Made by a program: the position numbers and the translations under genes. The notes under the pieces are model-generated. The model saw nothing but the letters and a program-made list of their open reading frames with translations. It was not told where the DNA came from and ran no database searches. A stretch of DNA of 27,259 nucleotides from Octopus sinensis (taxonomy: Eukaryota), in assembly GCF_006345805.1 (NCBI RefSeq), contig NW_021833340.1, positions 1-27,259 on the forward strand. Reading direction: 5' to 3'. The stretch's first letter is position 1. Every line of letters begins with the position of its first letter. Below, one piece after another: positions 11,460 to 20,963 of this stretch.

Positions 11460-12770
11460 CATCAGCTCCACCTACACCACCACCACAACCATCACCACTA
11501 CAACACAACCACAACAACCACCATCACAAACACCACCACAACAACCACCACCTCCATCATCACCACCACCACCACCAGCAACACCACCAGCAACACCACC
11601 AGCAACACCACCATAAAAACCACCACCATCACCAACACCACGACCAGTATCATTACACAACCATCACCACCACCACAACCACCACCACCGCCGCCAGACC
11701 GTCCCTCACCAACTCTATGGCCATAAAGCAGCCGCACACTACCACCGCTACCTCCAACACCACAACCACTACCATCACCACCACTACCATCCCCTCCACT
11801 ATTACCAATACCACTAATACCACCGCCACCATCACCACTACAGCCACCATCACTACCACCTCAGTGCCACTTATCAACACCGACATGCAGTCTATTACTA
11901 ACATCACCATCACCATACTACATCTCACTAATACCATCATACTATCACCACCACCACCACAACCACCACCTCCACCACACCACACTCAATACCACTACCA
12001 GCGCTACAACCAACACCCCCCACGACATAATACCACCGCCACCAAGCACCAGCAACAACAAAACCATCACATTTACGACCATCGTCACCAAAGCCACCAT
12101 TGTCATGATATCCCGTCTCACCACCACGACCACTCGCCACCACCTCCACTACAACTTGATATAGCACTGCCCGCTCCCCCCTCGCCCATCCACACTCACA
12201 CCGACACTCTTTACACCGCCATTGTCAATACCACTAGCATCTCTTACCAACAACACAATCACCATCACTACCACCACCACCACCACCACCACCACTATCA
12301 CCGCTACCACCAACATTAGCACCAGTACCACCGCCGCCGCCACCGCCGCCACCAATGCCACTACATCTAACATCAGCAGCACCACTAACAACACCATCAG
12401 CAACACCTACATAGCCACCACAATCACCATTAACAACACCACCACCATCACCAATACCACCACCATCACTATACCACCACCACCACAACCACCAACATCA
12501 ACAGCACCACAAGCACTATCAACACCAACAACACCACCACCACCACCAAATACCACCACCATACCACCACCACCACCAACAACAGCAACAGCAACAACAA
12601 CAGCACCACAATCACTATCAACACCAACAACAACACCGCCACCAAATACCACCACCACCACTACCACGACTAACCCTCAATAATACTATTAACAATGACA
12701 ATATGAAACAACAGCTGCACTTGCCACAACAACAACATTAACTACTACTACTACTACTACTACTACTACT
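11460..12770. repeat. 1.3-kb cryptic (CAC/ACC/AAC)n tract ending in (ACT)n
   Basis: Directly visible; includes an internal duplication of AACAGCACCACAA.CACTATCAACACCAACAACA at ~12502 and ~12597. Confidence 0.9.
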
Positions 12771-12779
12771 GTATTGCAG

Positions 12780-12931
12780 CTACCGCCACTGTTACGCCAT
12801 ATTATACGACGATGTCACAAGCATATAATTTTATTTCGAGATAGCCGAGAGGTGACGACAAAACACGAATGTCATCTGTGGTTGAGAGGCGCAGCAGCAA
12901 TCGGGATTGGCGTTGTGTATTACGAGTGTAC

Positions 12932-12962
<31 letters not shown>

Positions 12963-12986
12963 ATATATATGTGTGTGTGTGAAGAA

Positions 12987-13050
<64 letters not shown>

Positions 13051-13724
13051 GAGTGAGTGAGGCACACACAAAGAGCAGAGGAGACACAGACAGTTGGATT
13101 CTGTGTGACGTGAAGGCGCAGAAAAGAACAACAGAGACAGAGAAGAAGGTTCGTCGTCGGAAAATGTCATCTGTTCTGCTTGTGAAGCAGAATCGATGTG
13201 CATGTCGCTGCCAACGGCATTTATTGTTCACAAGCCGAACGTCATCGCCGTTGTTATTTTTATTTTATATTCACGTTGATATATTCTTGTTGTTATTGCT
13301 GTTGTTGTTGTTGTTGTTGCTTCTGTTGTTGTTGTTGTTGTTGTTGTTGTCGTTGTTTATCTGCCTGCTTGCTGATGTTGCTGTTTACCAACGCTAATCG
13401 CTGTTGTCTTTTGCTGTTCTGGTTATTGCTTGTTGTTAGCGAATGGTCGGTCTTATGTTATGTTATGTTATGTCGTTCGTTCGTTCGTTCGTTACTCAAC
13501 GTCCAAACACCGTCTCTCTTTCTCACTCTGTCTCTCTCTTTATCTATCTATCTCTCTATCTATCTATCTCTCTTTCTCTGTCTTTCTGCATTTCACTCTG
13601 GTTGTCTCTCCCTCCCTCCCTCCCTCCCTCCCTCCTCGTTCCCTTTTGTCTTTCTTTTTCTGTGGCGTTACGTTTCTTCTTCCCATTGGTTTCTATTTGC
13701 GTCTGTGTATGTGTGTGCGTAAGT
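12780..13724. promoter_or_regulatory. Possible promoter / non-coding first exon (CpG-enriched unique DNA around (TA)n(GA)n and (GTT)n)
   Basis: CpG-richer non-TE sequence with an ATTGG (reverse CCAAT) motif, TGACG motifs and a GTAAGT donor-like site at ~13719. No transcript evidence. Confidence 0.3.
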
Positions 13725-13883
13725 AAGTGTATTTGTGTGCGTATGTGTATGTGCACGTATGCATGTTATGCGTATTGGTGAGTGTGCGTGTGTACATATG
13801 TGTGTATGTGTGTGTACGTGCATTTCTCTTTGGCGTATTTGCACATACATGCAGGATACGTCGTGTATGCATATTTGTGTGCA

Positions 13884-13914
<31 letters not shown>

Positions 13915-14735
13915 GTGTGTGTGTATGTATAATATATATGTGTGTGTGTATAATATATATATATGTGTGTATGTATAATATATATATATGTGTGTATGTA
14001 TAATATATATATATATATATATATATACCACATGCAAACACACACAAATGTATATATATGTATGTATTTGTATGTGTGTGTGTGCGTGTGCACGCGCGTT
14101 GTATATGTATTATAGTGCTTACGTTTGTGTGTCTATGCATGAGCGTACATGTGTGCATGTGTGTGTGTGTGTGTGTGTTTGGTGTATGTGTATTTGTATC
14201 TGTGTGTGTAACTATGTGCGTGCACTCGCATTGTATGCGCATTTGCATGCTCGTGCTAGTGTGAGCACGTGTGTACGTTGAAGCCTTTTGTGTTTTAACA
14301 TGACTAAATGCAAATGGGTCTGAACGCGCCATTGTGTCTTTATTTATTATGTATTGAACTCCGCACTCCCATACAAATATGAAAAAATATGATTTTGACA
14401 TATCTACGCATACGTTCATATATTTGTGAATCATTCACATAGGCACAGATGCATGTGTGTACGTGTCTGTGTGTGTACTGTGTGTGTGTGTGTATTAATT
14501 TTGACATACATTCATTTACATTCGTAGATTTGTGAACATACATAATGATTCACATGTACACAAATGCGACGATCCTGTTGTACGTGAGTATGTGCGCATG
14601 TGCGTGTGTGTATGCATAAGTACAGAGGCACAGGATACGCACAATGTGTATAAGTGTGCGGATACTGTTTGTGTATGTATATGTACGTGTGTGAGTGTGT
14701 TTGTGTGTGTGTGTTTGTACGGTGTGTGCATATTG
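13700..14735. repeat. Degenerate (TG)n/(TA)n low-complexity tract
   Basis: Directly visible. Confidence 0.85.
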
Positions 14736-15392
14736 CATTGAAAACATGACAGCGTTATAAGTTTATCTTTTTATCGTTATTTTTTTCATATTTACAAATG
14801 GGTTTCTTGCAGTTTGTTTCAAATAATAACGTTCTTGAATCCATCTCCAACGTTTCTAAACTTTCTCGGTCTCATTATCAGGAAGAACAGATGTTTATAT
14901 ATATATTACTGGACAAAGATGATTGGTGTAGACATCACACACCATTCATATTACTCTGTTGAAATTTGACGTCATCAGTCAGATGTTTATTTTTGTTTAT
15001 TACTGGCGTATGCTGTGTGCCAATTTTAGCATTGCACCGTGTTATGGATACTGCTTCCATTATTAACCTTTTATTTTTGAGAGAATGTACGTATAATATA
15101 GATGCATTGTCTACTAATGTTTTCGTAAGTGATTCTGTTTGCGTTATGTACTGTTGTAGTTCATTGCAATTGTACCTTGTGAATGCATACTAAGTCAGCA
15201 AGATTGTGTTGTACATATATGGTCAATATAACAGATGGAATCTGCAGTTTTACAGTTTTCATGTCTGCAATCAAGTATTGTTGGTCATTAGTGTCTTGTT
15301 GACTAAATTTACATCCGTTTGATTTGTTATATTTTACATGAAATTATAGCAATTATAAAGAAGTAGCAACTTATTCCAACATCATACATATC

Positions 15393-15613
15393 TATTTCTT
15401 TACTACCCACAAGGGGCTAAACACAGAGAGGACAAACAAGGACAGACAAATGGATTAAGTCGATTAGATCGACGCCAATGTGTAACTGGTACTTATTTAA
15501 TCGACCCCGAAAGGATGAAAGGCAAAATCGACCTCGGCGGAATTTGAACTCAGAACGTAGCGGCAGACGAAATACTGCTAAGCATTTCGCCCGGCGTGCT
15601 AACGTTTCTGCCA
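15393..15613 (-). mobile_element. SINE family B, slightly 5'-truncated
   Basis: Reverse complement of the 3548-3780 unit; CATATC on both sides (15387-15392, 15614-15619) is a possible TSD. Confidence 0.92.
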
Positions 15614-16003
15614 CATATCAACAATCTTGATTAATTAGATGCACGGAGAATATATATATATATATATCAGCTAAGCTATGATCAACTCATTTACGGGTTT
15701 TCTAGGACTGGTTGTTCCAGTGTATCCTTTTTTTTTTTAAAGATTTGCTGAGAATTGACTGATACACACACACGTGCATAAATTCACATAGTTTCTTTCC
15801 AATCTTATTTCGGTGAACATGAAAAATATTTTTACCGTAACGTTTTGCCTTCTTCTATTTTTGTTTTGTTAACTCTATTCTTCCTCAACAATTTTTGTTT
15901 ACTGTTTCAAGAATTTGAGTAAATTTTATGTCTTTTCAGACATATGACGAAGGATTACTACAACAAGAATAACCAATTTTTTTATCGACAGTAATAACTA
16001 TTA

Positions 16004-16261
16004 TCAAATCAAATGCGCGCCCTTTTAAAGCCTAACCAGGCTCATGGGCCCGGTTTCCTGGTTTCAATGGTGTATGTGTTACCCAGCTGTACTGTATGCC
16101 AGTCCATCGCAGCGTTACTCATTTTTGCCAGCTGAGTGGACTGGAGCAACGTGAAATGAAGTGTTTTGCTCAAGAACACAACGCGTCGTCCGGTCCAGGA
16201 ATTGAAACCACAATCTTACGATCATGATGCTGACACCCTAACCACTAAGCCATGTGCCTCC
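16004..16261 (-). mobile_element. SINE family C variant with a different 3' tail
   Basis: Minus strand GGAGGCACATGGCTTAGTGGTTAGG..TTTCACGTTGCTCCAGTCCACTCAGCTGGCAAAAATGAGTA, then sequence unrelated to the tail of the 2918 copy. Confidence 0.85.
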
Positions 16262-16404
16262 ACAATAACTATTATGCGTAACAAAATTCTTTTAATTTGA
16301 GTATTTATGTTCCGTGCATTAAAGGATATCCATATTTTACCTCTATACATATATACACATTAAGTGTGCATGTGTGTGCGTGTATATGTATGTATGCATG
16401 CATG

Positions 16405-16461
<57 letters not shown>

Positions 16462-16488
16462 GTGTGTGTGTGTGTGTGTGTGTGTGTA

Positions 16489-17695
16489 ATTACAAATTTG
16501 GAATTTTACCAATAGAACCGCAACTCCTATTTCAGGATAACCTTATTGTATAGAAAGTTATATCCCATAAAATAATATTAGCATTTAAAAAACATACTAT
16601 AATACAATAAAATTATTTGAAAAAAATATATGAGAACAATATATATAACTTACCCGTTATTAGTCTGTGGGCAAAGAAGGTATTTTTAATCAATGCTACA
16701 CGTGTTTCTGCGCTGATGGGGTATTTATCCAGGCTATACATAATACATAAATCCACCAGTGCGTCCTCAGGCTATTTATTTTATAGTTATTATTATTAAC
16801 GGATCAAAGTTAAAAATACATATTATAAGTCATATTAAATTTTTTAAATAAGAATATAAGTAAAACAATAATAAAAATATATAAATTACAAATTGGCCGT
16901 GTGTTAAGTAGCTTGCTAACCAACTACATGGTTACGGGTTCAGTCCCACTGCGTGGGATCTTGGGCAAGTGTCTTCTGCTATAGCCCCAGGCCGACCAAA
17001 GCCTTGTGAGTGGATTTAGTAGACGGAAACTGAAAGAAGCCTGTCGTTTATATGTGCATATATATATGTATATATATATATATATATATATGTGTTTGCG
17101 TGTCTGTGTTTGTCCTCCTAGCATTGCTTGACAACCGATGCTGGTGTGTTTACGTCCTCGTCACTTAGCGGTTCGGCAAAAGAGATCAATAGAATAAGTA
17201 CTGGGCTTACAAAGAATAAGTCCCGTGGTCGATTTGCTCGACTAAAGGCGGTGCTCCAGCATGGCCGCAGTCAAATGACTGAAACAAGCAAAAGAGAAAG
17301 AGAAAGAAAGATATTTTAAAAAATAAAAACAATGTCAAACAAGTATAAATTACCAATTTTTAATGTCAAACGTAAGTTAATAGTATTTAAAAAATTATTT
17401 AGTAAAATCCACTCTATACGTTATAAATTTATTGAATAAAACTAATTTTAAAAAATCTAATAAAAAATTTAACAAAAGAAGAATACTTATCGAGTTTACT
17501 CCTCGTTCCTGTGCAAATAGCTGCTCCCTCTGTCATACGCTAAGTATTATGGGAATAACTCTGAAAAATTCTCTTAGACTAATAATATTTGAGAGGTTGA
17601 ATTTTATTGGATATAACTTTCTATGTGTATTCCATACAATAGGTTATCCTGAATTAGGAGTTGCGGTTCTATTGGTAAAATCCCAAAATTGTAAT
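16489..17695. repeat. Inverted repeat pair, arms 16489-16573 and 17601-17695
   Basis: TTTTACCAATAGAACCGCAACTCCTA(T/A)TTCAGGATAACCT is present on opposite strands, with one 10-nt indel between arms. Confidence 0.85.
16894..17310 (+). mobile_element. SINE family A, near full length
   Basis: Same head, middle, (TA)n and tail as 9662-10199. Confidence 0.92.
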
Positions 17696-17807
17696 AATAT
17701 TATAAATGATACTATTTACATTGCATTAGTAAAGTGTAACCTGGAATACTTATTATTCCCGAAGATTAAAAAAAATATTCTTATATATATATATATATAT
17801 ATATATA

Positions 17808-17940
17808 GTTCAAATTTACAGAAAACAAAAGACGAAGACGGGTGTAGGAACAATAATTGGGTGTATTAGCTTAACGCTCGGGAAGAGTGGAAAAGTTTTT
17901 GAGGTTTCAAGCATACAATCTTCGACAGAAAGGATTAACA
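17808..17940. mobile_element. Interspersed repeat fragment resembling a Penelope-like terminal repeat
   Basis: AGTTCAAATTTACAGAAAACAAAAGACGAAGAC..; minus strand has CTGTCGA-A-GATTGTATGCTT-GAAAC, a degenerate hammerhead-like arrangement. Family assignment is from memory. Confidence 0.4.
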
Positions 17941-18407
17941 GGAAAAAAGCGGAGGGAGAATGACAAAAAAAAAAAGAAAAAGAAAAGCAGGTGCAGGAGT
18001 GGCTGTGTGGTAAGTGGCTTGCTTACCTTACTTGACAGAAGAGTTCACATTTGCATGCTACTTGGAAGTCACGTCTTTCGACGTGAAATATTGAACGTTT
18101 AAAGCCCGACTACAGGTAGGTGTTTGTTTTATGGGGGTGGGGGTAGTGGAGTTTTTGTTGTTCTGTTATTAATAATGTTTGTTGAGCAACAGTCTCCACT
18201 CAGCTCCAGACATTTGCCTGCCTGTAGTCGTGCGAAAAGTCTCACTTTGCAGTGAGAATTATGTTTTTGAGGAGGCGTATCCCCTCCGCAAAAATTTGTT
18301 GGCTGTGAAAATTGTCTTTACCATTTGTGGATTACCAGTTTGGATTAACAAAAAGTTCGCCGTCAAGGTAAGCGGTTTTGTTTTTTCGGAGCTGGGTGGA
18401 ATTGTTG

Positions 18408-18855
18408 GGTACTAGTATCGTAGAGTGGTCCCGGTTTGCGCACACGCGCAGACACGCGTCCGCGCTAGCCAGACGTAGGCAGTCGATCCTACGAGCTGAC
18501 TGGCGCATGCACGATATATACGATATATACTTGTATCGATATATACTTGTATCAATATATACTTGTATCGATATATACGTGTATACGATATATACTTGTA
18601 TATATACGATATGTACTTGTATATATACGATATATACTTGTATCGCACATCCCCGATTCGCGCACGAATCGGGGACGTGCGATACAAGTATATATCTTAT
18701 ATATACAAGTATATATCGTATACACGTATATATCGATACAAGTATATATCGTGCATACGCCAGTCAGCTCGTAGGATCGACTGCCTACATCTGGCTAGCA
18801 CGGACGCGCGTCTGCGCGTGTGCGTAAACCGGGACCACTCTACGATACTAGTACC
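18408..18855. mobile_element. Foldback-type MITE (Mutator-like), 448-bp palindrome with 9-bp TSD
   Basis: GGTACTAGTATCGTAGAGTGG...CCACTCTACGATACTAGTACC; GAATTGTTG at 18399-18407 and 18856-18864; the arms meet at a 4-nt loop at 18661-18664. Confidence 0.9.
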
Positions 18856-19333
18856 GAATTGTTGTGTGTTTTATTTTTATTACAGTATATTCTGCCCAGC
18901 TCTGGGGCATTTTCGCTTACTCTTGGCGGTGTTGTGATTGTGCTTGTTAACAAGCAAGTGAAGAACTTCAATGTGAATATTTTCACTACAGTTATTTAGG
19001 AAAAAAGTTGGTGCTTGCAAGCTGTGCGTAGTTTTGAACCCGGAAACGTTGGAAGTACTTTACCAGAAGGATTATCAAGAGATTTGAAGGCTGCAAGATT
19101 TGAGTACCGTGTAGCTCAAAAATGTTATTTCTGCCGTGGAGAATTGTACAATATTTATTTATTTTGCTGAACTGCTGTCTTTTCTTTCCTTTAGCTGAAC
19201 AATTTTAGTTGGACTAGTATTTTTTTTCTTCCAATTTTAGTTGAACTGTGTTTTTATTTTTATTGTGTTCAAAGACTTTTTGTTGTTTTTGGTTGAGTGA
19301 CTTTTTTCCTTGTTTGAACTGTGTTTTATCTAC

Positions 19334-20412
19334 ATGGCAGATAAAATGATAAAAATAAGACCACTGCTTTGGAGTGGGAGATTGTCCCAACCAAGCAGTG
19401 GTTAAAAGATATGGAGGAGAAGACGGTGGTGGTAAGAACTTACTCTATAGTTCTTGATACCAAAGAACTAAAAGACTATTTGTCCCATGTAAAATATACA
19501 TCCCAGGGTGTCAGGCATGCAACGGTGTGGTTGCTGTTTAACATCACGGAAGAGGCTTGCAATTTTGCAAGTCAGCCTTTGGAGGGAAAGGAAATTGTGT
19601 TCCTCCCGTCGTGGGGATGGCTGGCTCCAGGTATCCAATGATTATGGAGGGTCGCCCCCACCCCCAAGTGTCACTCGTGCCGGGAGTCAGGCCATGTCAA
19701 GAAGGACTGCCCCCGGGGTCGTGGTAAGGATCCGGAGCAGGAAAAGGGGAAGGTGCCCTCCTCTCTCCCATTGCAGGGAGAAACAGAGGAAGACGTTGAG
19801 GTGTCGAACTCAACGAGAAGGAAGAAAAAGGTAAGCAACGGTGGTTGCTCACCAGGAGACGTGCAGGTTGGGGGAGAGGAAGAGGGGTCTTCTGATGTGC
19901 CGACGGACGCCTCGACTCCCGCAACCGAAAGAAGAAGAAAAAAGAGGAAGAAGAAAAACGGGAGACGGTCAGCGGATGACGCTGTGCCGCCGACCGAACC
20001 CGATGTTCCTCCGGTGGGAAGTGTGCCACCGGAGCGAGAGGCTCTGTCAGTGGGAATTGTGCCACTGACAGAGCAGGATGAGACCTCTCTCTGTGAGGAA
20101 GAGGTTGTCATTTTCTATCTCAAGGGAGGGCTTGTTGAGTTATACTTGGACAGTCTACTAGACCGAAAGCGATATAACTCGACCTGTATAGACTGTCCAA
20201 GTTGACTTCTTCAGGTGGCTGCCGAGGTCATAAATCAGAAAGAACTGATTGAGGTCAAGAAAACCTGTAACAATAAGATTTTGTTTCCCTCGGTCCGGGT
20301 CTGCCGATGCAGGCTTCCTTGCATGCGGCAGAAAACTTACTTGGGAGCCCGGATGAGGAAGACGAAGAATAATGAAAACTATATTCTTGTAATTTGTAAT
20401 TTGAATTTTTGA
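19334..20412 (+). pseudogene. Decayed L1/Tx1-type ORF1-like protein (RRM-like N-terminus, CCHC zinc knuckle, basic clusters, Cys-containing C-terminus)
   Basis: ATG 19334 MADK / frameshift / NDKNKTTALEWEIVPTK..FLPSW; MAGSRYPMIMEGRP (19617-) / frameshift / KCHSCRESGHVKKDCP (CX2CX4HX4C at 19669-19710). That frame stays open to TGA 20203 and again to 20412. Confidence 0.8.
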
Positions 20413-20746
20413 GATTATAATTTTGATTTATATTCATTTAAATTGAACAGTGATTTCGAGGGGTTATCGGTCGGCGGGCGCCGGTGCCCCTCCCAGTATT
20501 ATTATTTTTTTTCCATCTTTGTCGTTTTCATACACATTAATGTCTCTGTCCAGCCCGCAGCCAACTTTATCTCTGTACGACCTTCATGGTCAATTCGATG
20601 AGATAAAGTAGCTTGCTTACCAACCACATGGTTCCGGGTTCAGTCCCACTGCGTGGCACCTTGGGCAAGTGTCTTCTACTATACCTTCGGGCCGACAAAA
20701 GCCTTGTGAGTGAATTTGGTAGACGGAAACTGAAAGAAGCCTGTCG

Positions 20747-20762
<16 letters not shown>

Positions 20763-20778
<16 letters not shown>

Positions 20779-20882
20779 GACCGACTAGGCTATCAGATAT
20801 TGCTACACATCGCTGGTCACAATGCGCTTCACATTGTTTTAGCCTTCAAATAACGCCACCCCGCTGGCTAAGCAAGCAGGCC
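20763..20882 (-). mobile_element. 5'-truncated retroposon 3' end with A16 tail, inserted in the (TA)n of the split SINE
   Basis: Minus strand GGCCTGCTTGCTTAGCCAGCGGGGTGGCG..GTCGGTC-A16, flanked by (TA)n on both sides; this segment is absent from the other family-A copies. Confidence 0.75.
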
Positions 20883-20906
20883 ATATATATATATGTGTGT
20901 GGTGTG

Positions 20907-20963
<57 letters not shown>

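Larger units (their letters stand above)
18028..20605 (+). mobile_element. Non-autonomous LINE-like element encoding only an ORF1/Gag-like protein
   Basis: Bounded by a 16-bp duplication AAGTGGCTTGCTTACC (18012-18027) / AAGTAGCTTGCTTACC (20606-20621). It has a long T-rich leader, one decayed CCHC ORF and a 3' stem-loop; no RT or endonuclease motifs were seen. Confidence 0.8.

Noticed and set aside
11444-12683. 291-aa and 153-aa Thr/His/Pro-rich ORFs resembling a mucin or His-rich protein
   Set aside because: CAC/ACC triplet DNA is stop-free in several frames on both strands; no signal peptide, splice context or complex domain.
12774-13722. 207-aa and 174-aa ORFs with poly-Leu or poly-Cys
   Set aside because: The apparent hydrophobic and Cys runs derive from (GTT)n, (GA)n and (TA)n; nothing recognisable remains.
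14967-14974. Perfect CRE palindrome TGACGTCA
   Set aside because: A single 8-mer in 27 kb is expected by chance, with no supporting context.
18022-18045. CTTACCTTACTTGACAG as a U1 snRNA 5' end
   Set aside because: The CTTACC belongs to the SINE/TSD and the downstream sequence does not follow U1.
18378-18937. ORFs of 75-149 aa across the foldback
   Set aside because: They arise from the tandem GATATATACTTGTATC units; the symmetric ORFs on both strands reflect the palindrome.
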